Shown here one piece after another: positions 13,381 to 24,500 of a stretch of DNA of 28,233 nt. Within the stretch, counting starts at the first letter, position 1. Every line of letters starts with the position of its first letter. A program made the position numbers and the translations under genes. This DNA is from Macrostomum lignano. Its lineage: Eukaryota. The DNA lies in NCBI GenBank assembly GCA_002269645.1, contig NIVC01004230.1, positions 1-28,233 of the forward strand, given 5' to 3'. The notes beneath the pieces are model-generated. The model saw only the letters and a list, made by a program, of their open reading frames with translations, was not told the origin of the DNA and made no database searches.

Positions 13381-14715
13381 AACTACGCACAGCTTCGTGT
13401 TAAATGGCACTGATAAAAATATTGAACTAATTGAATTAATTCATTGCGCAAACGATTTCACAGTCAGACAGTATCAGTTTCAGTTAAAGTTAACAAAATG
13501 ATTGCGCAATCTAAATCAACCCTCCAATACACAGCAGCAGTGAGAAGTTGAACCCTCCCCCCAACTTTATCTATTACGTCTCGCAAAACTGAGTACAATC
13601 TTTGCAGAAAGTAAAAGTATGGAAATAGTTTTTTAAATGCTGTGCTTTTCTTTTCATATTTAAAGCAAACAACTTATATCCTCGAACTCAGTGTTGCAAG
13701 ATCTTTTCAGCAGTATAAGTCTCTTCTCTTAAAGTTTAGAACTCGAAGAGCAGTTAGCGTTTTAAAGTTCCCGTTTTAAAGCATTGAAACATCGAGTGTA
13801 CGTTCACTGCCTACCAAAGAGGCTCGCAAGTTTATTCATTCATTACACAGGCCGGCTACTACACAGGGCAGCCTATTGAAAGGCACAAATAATAAAACAA
13901 ATTGATGGCGCAACCGATTTCACAGTCAGTCAGAATCAGTCTCAGTTAAAGTTAACAAAAAGATTGCGCAATCTAAACAGCCGTCCAATACACAGCGCCC
14001 GACCCCCAATTGAATTGGCAATTGAACCCCCCCCCCAAATTTATCTCTGACCTATCGCAAAAATAAGTACAATCTTTGCAAAAAGTTAAAAGTATGAAAT
14101 CGTTTTTTTAAATGCTGTGCTTTTAGTTTTAATATTTAAAGCAAGAAACTTATATCCCCGAACTCAGCGTTGCAAGCTCTTTCCAGCAATATAAGTCTCT
14201 CCTCTCAAAGTTCAAAAATCTAGCAACAGTTAGCATTTAAAAATTTCTGATCCAAAGCATTGAAATATCGAGTGTACGTTCACTGCCTGCTAAAGAGGCC
14301 CGCAAGTTGATGCATTGAATTTCAAGGTTCAACAAAATCACAGGGCTGCCTATTGAAAATTAGAACACAAATCCTTTTGCAATTATCTATAAAGTCAGCC
14401 AGTGAGCCAGGGTCCGATTGTACACATGCAGCCATTTAGGACACCCCATCCCCCACTGGAGAGAAAATACACTGCAGAGATAGGGAAAAGTTGTGGCGCA
14501 ATCACTAAAAATTCATGCATTTTTTCAGCTCTGAGCAGAAAGAGGAGACAAATAAGATTATCAAAGGTCAAGATTAGAGTTTTCTACTTTTTTGAGGATC
14601 TTAGAAATTAAAATTTCAGAATTAAAATAGCCTATAGCCGACCTCGGATAATTTCCAATCTTCCCATATAAGTTTCAACGCTGAGTTGCCACTATTCAAG
14701 GAGGAGTTGTCGAAA

Positions 14716-14716
14716 T

Positions 14717-14758
<42 letters not shown>

Positions 14759-14771
14759 GACAGACAAACAA
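14716..14771 (+). repeat. 5'-subterminal (CA)n/(GACA)n microsatellite of unit G
   Basis: Same slot holds (GACA)n or (CAAA)n at ~2498, 5273, 7472, 9687, 11361, 12547 and 27986; a microsatellite just inside the 5' end is a known feature of several animal Helitron families. Confidence 0.9.
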
Positions 14772-16084
14772 CACGTCAACTTTAGTATATACGAGTGGAA
14801 CTCCTCCTTCGGAGGAGAAAGGGGAAGAACTCTCATCACCGGAATTCCATTCCCTGAATTATCCATCAACTGAAATTCCATGTCTTGAACCCCATCTTCC
14901 AAATCGTCTCCAAATTCTTTACAAACCTTTCAAAGACCATAGCTCAAAGACTCTTACGTCTCTCAAATCTACTCTCTCCTCTCTTCGCTATTTTCGTGAC
15001 TCGCTTCTCTCTCCTCTCTCTCATCTCATCTCTACCCCTACTCACTTATTTATCTCTTCTCCCTCGTCTTTCGTCTGTACCCTCTTTTGTCTCTTGTCTT
15101 GCTTCTTCTCTCTTATCTCTCCCTCTTCTCTTCTCTCTCATATGTCATCTCTACTCACTTATCTATCGTCTCTCTTAACCCTCTCTCTCTCTTCCCTTTT
15201 CTCTCCTCTCTGCTCTCATTTCTCAAATCTTATATACGCTCTCACACTCTCACACACACTCTCTCTCACGCTCTTATCCCTCATCTATTCTCTCTCCTAT
15301 CATCTCTCCTGTCTCCCTCTGCTATCTCATATCTCCCCTCTCATCTCCTCTCTCCTCTTCTCTTCTCTCTCCCTCTTCATTCTCGCCTTACTCTCCTATT
15401 TTCTCCCATATGTCATCTCTAATCTCTCCTCTCTCATATCTACTCTTTTCTATAATCTCTTTTCTCTTTTCTCTGACTGACTGAAGGTACCAAATCCTTC
15501 GAAATCCTCCGTCAAATAGAAATCCATCAAAATTCTCTCCGAGAAACAGAAATGTATCAAAATTTTCTTTGGGAAACTGAAAGCCATCAAAATCGTCTCT
15601 GTGAAACAGAACTTTATCAAATAATACATTATATCTACATGACAAAAATATTAAGTTTTTAGTTATATTTATTACATAAATTACATTGTCACAAAACACA
15701 ATCCACAGCAACCGTTGAAGTCGATAAGCATTAGAAAGCTATGGTAGAGCATCGCAATACATGTTAAGATTGACATCGGAAATAATAGGGGAAGGCGGAA
15801 ATGCTACACCAAAAGCGAAGGGCAACGCATTCACTGACGAATGACCAAAAAAGTGACTGACAGGCATGACCGAGAAAGATTACAAAAAGAGAAAGTGCGA
15901 CTTCCTGGGAACCCTACTACAGAAGCAGGAGCTATAATTTTATCTTCTAATAAATCGTTTGCATCGTAGAAACTAATAATTCTGAATTAATTTTACCATG
16001 TTTGATTAAACTAACTAAACTAAATAGCTATTAAATAGTATGGTTACATGTGGTCGCAAAAAAGAAAGAAAACAGAAAGTCAGT

Positions 16085-16516
16085 TCAGTTCGCCGCAGCC
16101 GGGTCCTCCTTGGGCGCCGCCGCAGACTCCTCAGCCAGGGTATCGCTCTTGTCGGGCTCGTCCTGGCTGTGGGGTCGCTTGGCTGGTGGTTCCAAATTGA
16201 GCTCGACGGTTGCGAACAGAACTTGCTCCTGCTCTTGCACCAGGGCTTCCAGTCGCTCGCACTCTCTCTTCTTGCGCTCCAGCTCAGCCTCGGTGTCTGT
16301 CAGTCGCTTCTTGTAGTCGTCCAGTTGCTGCCTTTGCTCAGCCACGACTTCGGCGAGTGATGCCTTGCTCTTCGATTCGTGTTGTAGTGTCTCGTGGTCC
16401 TCCTGAATTATTTCCGATGTCAATCTTAAGAATGTATTGAAGTGCTGCTCCATGGCTTTCTTCTGCTTGTCGAATTTCTCCAGGTTGCTGCCGGATTGTG
16501 TTGTGTGATGAGCCAT
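16085..16516 (-). CDS. Orphan 143-aa coiled-coil protein within the Helitron 3' region
   Basis: ATG-to-TGA ORF in a GC-rich island flanked by AT-rich DNA, same strand as RepHel; heptad-like E/K/Q/L-rich segment (LAEVVAEQRQQLDDYKKRLTDTEAELERKKRECERLEALVQEQEQ) and PPAKRP basic motif. No family recognised. Confidence 0.55.
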   Translation of the reverse strand: MAHHTTQSGSNLEKFDKQKKAMEQHFNTFLRLTSEIIQEDHETLQHESKSKASLAEVVAEQRQQLDDYKKRLTDTEAELERKKRECERLEALVQEQEQVLFATVELNLEPPAKRPHSQDEPDKSDTLAEESAAAPKEDPAAAN

Positions 16517-16969
16517 AAGTTAATTAAGTTAGGTAAGTGAATAGAGTAAATTAAGAAAAAAATTTGGACGTTATTTTGGGAACAGATATTTTTTCAGATG
16601 AATGGCTGCTGTCACATTTATCGGGCTAGATTTGCACAGAACTGGTTTAGAACTGGTTGGGGTAGCCAGCTAAAGGTTTTAGCACCTTGAAAAAAATTGA
16701 CAAAAAGGCCTGTGTCGAGATCAGTAGAAAGGTCTGTAGGATTTTTTCATTTACTCGTAGACATTGCAGTCATTGTGTAGGGTAGGCCTGCAGCTGTACA
16801 CTGTGAGCGCATAGAGAAAATCCAAGAGTTTGGGGTTGATTGTTAGAGGGTTAAGCTTATTTACGCTATTGAGTCAATACACTGTTGTCGTGGTGGGGGC
16901 CGATAGTTATTGAGGTGTAAAGGTGCAGAGTGTCATTTTAAAGTTGATAGTTTAAAGTTTAAAGTTTGT

Positions 16970-17239
16970 TCTGTAGCCTACTGGGCATTCACTGTGTACA
17001 CTGAACCCTATCACTTCACCGCTCGCCACCCCCGCCACCCCGGCCCCAACACGGGTTATTTGAATTGAATAGTTGTCAGAAAATTTAAAGAATGATTTTT
17101 TCTTGAATGCTGTGCTTTTTGTTTTCATGTTTAAAGCAAGAAACTTATATCCCCGAACTCAGCGTTGCAAGCTCTTTCCAGCAATATAAGTCTCTTCTCT
17201 CAAAGTTTAAAACTCGAGGAACAGGTTGCGTTTGAAATT
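16970..17239. repeat. Direct repeat copy 1 (pairs with 26302-26596)
   Basis: tctgtagcctactgggcattcactgtgtacact...ctatcacttcaccg, GC-rich spacer, aacacgggttatt..., then unit-derived block ending gaaatt. Confidence 0.9.
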
Positions 17240-17625
17240 GCGTCTGTACTCTCTCCTGTATCTTTTCCCCCTCTTTTCTCATATCTTTCCCCCCCTCTTT
17301 TCTCATATCTTCTCTCTCCTCTCTCCTCTACTCTCTCATCTCTCATCCCTCATCTCACTCTTCTTTCTCCTCTACTCTCTCCTATTATCTATTTCCTTCC
17401 TATTAACTTTAACTTTAATAAATTATCTCTTGTAGACATTCTGATCAATGCTTGGCAGTTAGTTGTTTTGATAACGGAGTCTAATTTTCTTTGCATTAAC
17501 TGGTTTTTCGTACTCCATATCGCTTTCCCTACTGAGGAGCTTTGCAATATCCCCTCAAATCCCTGCACTCCTGTCACTCCCTCACCATTTGAAATATCCC
17601 ATCAGAACTCTGCACCCCTGTGACC

Positions 17626-17785
17626 CAGGGGCGTAGGGAGGGGGAGTTAGGGGGGATGTATCCCCCGAAGAGCCTGACCAAAACTTTTTTGTTGCCCTTT
17701 GTTGCTATACATGCTACCACGTGACTCTGCATAGCACTTTTACCTTGGTGTATCCCTCCGTAGGAAATTCCTGGCTACGCCCCTG
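17626..17785. mobile_element. 160-bp MITE with 11-bp terminal inverted repeats
   Basis: CAGGGGCGTAG (17626-17636) ... CTACGCCCCTG (17775-17785). CAGGGG termini resemble hAT-type MITEs; flanks cccctgtgac/cccctgtcac are only an imperfect duplication. Confidence 0.7.
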
Positions 17786-18739
17786 CCCCTGTCACGATCC
17801 CTCACCATTTGAATATCTCCAAGGAAGAATTCTCATTCGCTAAGTAATTTCGTGTAAATGATTTAGGCAAGTCGGAGACGAAAGTTATTAATTGAAATTT
17901 ATTAGAAAAGGCCTCAACACGTGTAAGTTTGAAGATTTCCTGCCCTTCTGTGCCTCATTTCACGAAGCCACATGTGTTCAGTTATGACTTAAAAAGGCGT
18001 TTTGACATTGTGTAGAAGCAGGTATTAAAGTTTAGCAATTGATTTGAGATTTAGTAATATATAGTGATGATATAAGCTGTAACAATCATACATTGAAGGA
18101 AATTTGTGAAGAGGCCTTTTTCATATAATTACTATTTGTATTTACATTGAAAAATTTAGAATTGTACATTATTTTACTTTAGTGACGCAGAAAAGTTAAA
18201 AAGCATAATAAAAATAGCAGTAGAAGTATCGAGCTGGGATTTTTATATAGGAAGTGAAAAATATGAAAGTGCTTAATTGTAGCAACTAAATTTTAATAAC
18301 AATTTTCCATCGCTTAGTTCTACTGATAGAAAATTTTGGCAAATAGCTATTTACAACCTGGGGAATGTATTTGTACGCATGATAATGGAGGGCATCCTGA
18401 AAAAAAGAATTTGTAGAGAAAGGATAAAGTGAATTTGATAAATTAATCGACAATTCTTTGTGGCTGATAGAATCCCCATATGGAACAGTTAATTGACAGT
18501 CTTGAATAGCTAGCAGCGAATTTTTCTAGCTTAGCGGGAATTTTCACAAAGGAGCCAAAATTGCCGAGTTGCTATGAATTTCGACACGGCGTATGTAATT
18601 TTTGATGCCCTGAATTATCAAAGGGAATATTTGAATGGGTGAAATACAAATGTATGAGTAATATACAATAAATGAAGGGATGACATGCAGAATTCATGAG
18701 GCACCCGATCAGGGCAAGCACGATAAAACACTTGATCAG

Positions 18740-18986
18740 ATTGAAGCAATTGCACGGAGCTGCAGCTGGGCGCAAATTGGTCACAGCTTGGGCTTCAGCG
18801 ACTCCGAAGGCTGTCCAGGGGACTCTGGCCGGTGGCGTCCTCAGCTACCGGCGTGTCGACCCTCAGATCCCTGAGCAGCAACGGGCCATTGGGACAGCAG
18901 CAACGGGCGGGCTGATGGCACATTCAGCTCGGGTCGATGTTGAGAGGCCAGTCGTTGAAGTCAAGTTTGAGCAGCTCCGGCGGGAA
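18740..18986 (-). pseudogene. Decayed, frameshifted fragment of a Pif1/Helitron helicase (copy 2)
   Basis: Pieces FPPELLKLDFNDWP / QHRPELNV / NGPLLLRDLRVDTPVAEDATG align with FPPELLNRLDPNGLP / HHRLELKV / NGTRLLLRELRDNVLLAEVATG of exon 9 (20254-20072); several indels; weaker similarity continues to ~18740. Confidence 0.75.
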
Positions 18987-19339
18987 GGAAAATGAGGGGA
19001 GACTTTAAAGCATGAATCAAGTGTTCTAGGGCTATAAAAATCTTTTAATGTTTTAATATTAAAAAGCAATAAAAAAGTGGGGCTTGATCGGGTGCAAATA
19101 AATTAATAGAAAGTGCGAAATATCAGTCTAGCCTGCAGCAGGGCGTTTCAGATGTTAATCTTAATTTCAAAATTTCATTATTTACTCGTATACTGCACGT
19201 GAAGCATTATTTGCTGTTAAATTTTTAGTTTGAACTTGCAAATTATAGCTTAAATAGAAATTAAGTTATAGATATTTTACTTTTGGCTGAGCTGCAGCCC
19301 AGACTTATTATTTACAATGACAAATCCGGCAAAAGAAGG

Positions 19340-19532
19340 ACACGAACCCGGTCACCTCGGCGCGCTGCTTTGCCTGCGAGGGAGCTGTCGCAGGTCAGTG
19401 TTGCGCGCCGCGGGATGAAGGCCGACCGCCTTTGAAACTGGGCCGCAGCGACCACGGCGACCAGTTCATTGTCCCGCAGATCTCGATGAAGTAACCGGGC
19501 TCTACGTCAGCGGCGAGGTCAGAAGTTGCGTG
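19340..19532 (-). pseudogene. Decayed fragment of a Pif1/Helitron helicase (copy 1)
   Basis: 19500-19408 translates ARLLHRDLRDNELVAVVAAAQFQRRSAFIPR, ungapped 17/31 identical to TRLLLRELRDNVLLAEVATGIYRGRQVFIPR of exon 9 (20131-20039); two in-frame TGA codons just upstream. Confidence 0.75.
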
Positions 19533-19765
19533 CTAGGGTGAGAAAATAAAAATTTGGCAGTCAAATTGAGTATGAAAATTCGAGTCAATTTCCGTTATAG
19601 ACTCCCTAAGCATCTATGTCGGTGTCGGCTACTTTCAGACTTAAATTTTGACTTTTAATTTCCATATTGCCGGTATTGCCATATTTATATTTCGGGTCAC
19701 CCAAAAAAGTACAGGCTGAAATACACTAAATTCAGCTAACGACACTAAAATATGTATTTAGGGAT

Positions 19766-21558
19766 TTAACAATTGAACTTACCAATGAGCTGCCGCAGTA
19801 CGATGTTCTGCGTCCGACCGCCTGGGGCGCGCACCTTGACGCCCGATGCACTCCGCGCACGACTCAGAGCCACGTAGAGCTGGCCGTGCTGAAAGCAGCC
19901 TGTCGTCAGGTCGACGGCGTAGGTGCTCAGCGATTGGCCCTGGCTCTTGTGGATGGTCATGGCGAAGCATGGCCGGATTGGAAACTGCAGGCGGCGGAAC
20001 GTGAAGGGCAGCTCAGTAGGACTCGGCTCCTGTGGGATTCGCGGGATGAACACCTGCCGCCCACGGTAGATGCCAGTGGCGACCTCCGCGAGCAGCACGT
20101 TGTCCCGCAGCTCACGCAGCAGCAGCCGGGTTCCGTTGCACAGCAGCGGTGGGTCGAGGTTCCGCATCATCATGACCGGCATGCCGACCTTGAGCTCCAG
20201 CCGGTGATGCGGCAGGCCGTTGGGATCAAGTCGGTTCAGCAGCTCCGGTGGAAAATTGGTAGCTGCCACATCGTCGTTCGGAATTGAATCGACTGATAGA
20301 TAGGCCCGACTGTCTCCAGGAAAGAGCGCCAGGCAGGCGGCGTTGGTCTCGTCTACCGTCCTGTTGAGCGGCGACAGAATGCTCCGCTCCGCGAACATCT
20401 GGTCACGGTGCGGGCTTGGCTCGAACGACGGGTAGACGTGCCGGATGAGCTGCTCAGTGGTCGTGTCATCAGGCATGAGAATCTCGCTAGGCAGGGAAAC
20501 CATGCCCTCTTCGTCCTCTGGTAGCTCTCCGTTGCCAACCTAATGGAATTGAGGAATAAAAGAGACATTTCACGTCATAGAGTTATTTATTTAGTCTCTG
20601 TAAGCATGCAGAAATCGATTTAGAAGAATATTGTACATATTTTGAAATTTGTTTTGGAACGTAGATTATTAATGAAAAGCATTAATTTAAAATTTCGTGC
20701 AAAATAGTGAAGGAATTATTTTCTCACCTGCATAAGAAAATCTGCGTAGCTTTTGGCATCAGAGTCGCTCTCGAGCCGCAGATTTCTGGTCAAGTGGTGC
20801 TGCTGGAAATGCGGCCACAAAGCCGACTGAGTCAGGCAGGCGTCGATCGTGTTCGCCTGCGTTCCTCCGGGCACCACAGCCAGCAGCTGGCGGAAGTCGC
20901 CGGCTAGCACCAGCAGCGCTCCTCCGAACGGCTGCTCGACCCGCAGCAGATCTCGCAGAGACCGGTCCACGATCTCCAGGTCCTTGCGGTGAGTCATCGG
21001 TGCCTCATCCCACACGATGATTCGCGCATTCCGCAGAATCTCTGCGAGCTTGCTCCGCCTGCCGATGGAGCAGAAGGCACTGTCTTGCCGAACTGCGCAG
21101 ACGGGTATCTTAAACCTGGGCGGAGAGGATGAAGATTCAAGTTGAACAGCAAAGCTCGATATGAATTGATTAGGAAACGGAAGCCGCTAAAATATGCAAG
21201 CAAGAGTCACAAAAAGTGCTAGCAAAGCAGAAATAAAATCAGAAAGGGCGGCTCACATTGAATGTGCGGTCCTTCCACCGGGAAGAATGGTCGCCGCAAT
21301 TCCAGACGATGCCACCGCTACAGCAATCTGACGCTTCGCTCGAGCAGAATTAAGCAGAAGCGTCAGCAAGAATGTCTTGCCCGTGCCGCCGGGAGCATCG
21401 ATAAAGTACAGACCGCCACCGCCGGCCTGCATGCTGGACTGAATGGCGTCGAAAATGGCCCGCTGCTCGCCAGTCAGGGTGCCGATTTGCGCCATGACTT
21501 TTGCCTGGAGCTCAACTGCTTCTTCGTTTGTCGGCAGGCAGTCAGTAAGTCGGTGGGT
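19766..21558 (-). CDS. Pif1-like helicase domain exons 7-9 of RepHel
   Basis: ORFs 21253..21495, 20716..21015 and 19766..20503 carry helicase motifs I-VI; junctions AHSM/FKIP and FLMQ/VGNG restored by GT-AG introns 21116-21256 and 20540-20727. Confidence 0.95.
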
Positions 21559-24500
21559 CTGGGAAAGAGAAAAGAAATTGCTTATAGAAGATTTTGTTTA
21601 TCAGTTCTGCATTAAAGCTGCACTTTATAGCCTTCCTCAATAGTAAAATTTTCATATTACGTGATTATTTTTTCCGCATAAATGAGTACTGGTAAGAAAT
21701 AAAATTACAGAAATAATACTTTCATAAGAATAAGTGCACTTACCTGATCCGGCTCTACCCGTGGCTTAGGCAGGCCGTAGGCAGGCAGCTCGGATCCTCC
21801 CATGGTCTCCAGAAAGTTCTCCAGTTGCCGCAGCACTTCCGACTCGGCAGCTTCGGTGCTGTAGCCCTGGTGCAGCAGGTCGCCAGCCATGTCACTGGAG
21901 AACTCGCACCACAGCTTCGGTGGATCGCTGGGGTTACCATGGGTGAGAATTGCCGCGAAAAGCCGGCGCAGAGCTGCTGGCAGCCGCGTCTCCACAGCCT
22001 CGCGCATGCACAGCTGCCAGTGCTTGTCGTCTTCCAGCAGCCCTCTCGCCTGGCAAGCGGCCTTGAAGGTCGGCAGCAGGACGCCGTCAACAGTGCGCAG
22101 CGCCTCGAATGACGTCGGGCCGCGCACGTTCACCAAGAGCAAGCGCAAGTAGAAGCAGTCGCCCATCCGAGGACTGACTGTGTAAATGCGGCCGATATTG
22201 CCGGTCGTCAGAACGCCAGCTGGCTGACCGGCAGTCTCTCGGCCGCGACCTGCGCGATGCCAGGTGTGCGCCCTGTTGTCCCAGGTGAAGTGCCGGGGCA
22301 CCTCTTGGTAGAGCAGGCCGCGGGCGACTTCATCTTGGCGACAGAGCTGGCAAGGTGTATGAATGTGTCATGATATTAATTATTACAGTAAAAAAAGCTG
22401 AGTAATGTTGACTGCTTTAATTAATTTGAAGCAATCTAGTATAAGCATTGCCTAGAGTACACAGAGATATAAGCAGAAGCAATAGTTGGCTGAAAGACTT
22501 ACATCAAAGAAGGCGGTCAGAGTCGTGTCTTTAGGCCGAGCAGCAACAGCCTGGGCCGTCTCGCGAGTGAAGAAGACCCGCTGCTCGCCCTTCAGATGGA
22601 CGGCGAGTCTGATCACAGGGGGGTATCGGCTGTGCACTTCAAAGCCCAGGATCGTATTGACCGCTTCCATTGGACCGATGTACCTGCCCAGAAGGTAGTC
22701 CTTGATCTCGTCAATCATCTTGCCGTGCGCCGACTGACCGACAGTAGGGGCAGTAGTGCTGGCTGACGCAGATGCAGCCTCTTGTCGGACTTGATAGGCA
22801 GCCATGTCGCTACCCTTGGTGATGTACTTGACGACATACTTGATCGCCTTGACTGTCGCGCAGATCTCGACATTAAGGTGACAGCGAAACTCGCGCAGCA
22901 GCGCTGGGCAGTACGGAACCACCCAGCGGTTGTCGAAGGTGAAATTCGCCTTCTGACCGCCGCGCAGCTTGGCCATCTTTGTCACCGAAAAGCCGCCCAT
23001 CTCGACAGATCTGCGGCAGTAGTGCGGGTAGCCGTCTTCTTCAACCCTAGTGGCTGCTAGGAATTCCCTCGGGTAGCGTTTGCTGCAGACCCCGTTCTCC
23101 ATGCACGGCGCCGCCGGGTTGAGCTGCTGGCCACACGGACCATGCAGCAGATTCTCGGCGACCAGCTTGTGCAAGTCCGCGTCGGCAACTGGGTCCGGGA
23201 TCTCGGCGCTGATGATTGAGTCGTACTGGTCCGGCTTCAGCTTGTCGGCTAGCCACAGCAGAGCGTGCACGTGGGGAAGACCTGGATGTGGATAAAATTT
23301 AATTTTATTGAAATTAACGAAATTTTGGAGGCGACAGATAATGCTACAGTTTAAAGCTTAAAAGTACACTTGCCTCGCTTCTGGTACTCCAGCGAGCAGA
23401 CTCGAGCCAGAGTATCTCCAAACAGACTCTTCAGCCTGTTTAGGAAGGCCTTCTTCTTCAGCTCGAACACCCGGGCGGTGATGTCCGGCCGATCGACGGC
23501 AGTCTGGCCCGGAAGCAGCTCAGCCAGAATCTCGGGCCACTTGGGGTTACACGTCATCGTCAGGAACAGGTCTGGGCGGCCATAGGCGTGAACGTATGCC
23601 ATGGCATCCTGCTGACGCTCAAGACGGTAACGTGGCCCTCCGACGTAGCTGGAGGTCAGGATGATATGCTTCCCGACTTCTTCCGGGTTGCCGTCGTCCT
23701 CGTGCAGCGCGTCTCGGAGACCGCGAAGACTCTCGGACTGCAGGTCTTTCTGGTGCTGCCGAATGAAGCTGAGGCGCTCGGACTCGATCTTGGCAGCCTG
23801 GTCCACCAGGTACTGCTGGAAGAGCCGGCGACCGTACAGCAGGCTGTTGAACTGGCCTGGCCGCACCTGAATCATGAAGGCGTAGAACTTCATGTTGGTG
23901 ATGCCGCGATCCTGCTTGAGCCCAATGTGCCAGCCGTCCTCACCGAAGGGGAATAGGAGCACATACTCCAACGGATCATAGGAGCGGTGGGTCTCGCAGA
24001 TATCTTGCAGGCCTGCGAATGAGTAAAAATAGAATTAGGAAGTAACTCTAGGGGAGAATAAAATTTTACGGCTCCTATAAATTAATTGCAGCTACTTCAT
24101 ATAAGCCATAATTGCAGTAAATTAATAATGTGCCTGTCAATGCCATAGAACTCACCACCATCTCTCAGACGCAAGATCACATCCCGTCGCTGCGCCTGAA
24201 TTACGCCTTCATCATCGCCAAGGTCCGTTAGGATGCCAACTTCACTGCACTCGGGCAAGTTGAAGCGCCGGACATGCTCCCCAGATGGGCGGGCATCTGA
24301 GTTAATCACGACCTTGGCGTTCTGCAGCTGCGGATCGCTGCGCAGCAAGTCGACTGCGGACTTGAAGCTGCGCACGTAGCTGTTGCAGTCGTGCAGAGTT
24401 GCCTGCAGTTCCGCCAGCAGACGGCTGTTCAGCCCGGTGGCCCACTGTAGTCGAGTTTGCAGCTCCTCGTCTACAAAGAAGACCTGGCAGAACCGAGCCG

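Larger units (their letters stand above)
12698..14791 (-). mobile_element. Non-autonomous Helitron unit G (2094 bp, internal ~450-bp duplication)
   Basis: 3' CTCG 12698-12701, hairpin 12707-12723; 5' end at 14791 abutting 3' end of the large element. Confidence 0.85.

Noticed and set aside
1-14791. CRISPR-like or prokaryotic repeat-spacer array
   Set aside because: Units are kilobase-sized homologous elements without unique spacers; context is eukaryotic with spliceosomal introns.
191-15480. Many S/L/F/P-rich plus-strand ORFs and E/R-rich minus-strand ORFs (e.g. 191..655, 7626..8411, 687..932)
   Set aside because: They are translations of CT-rich low-complexity tracts that lack stop codons by composition; frames are not conserved between units.
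18701-19095. 11-bp inverted repeat gcacccgatca / tgatcgggtgc around helicase relic 2
   Set aside because: A single 11-mer match is expected by chance at this scale; no target-site duplication.
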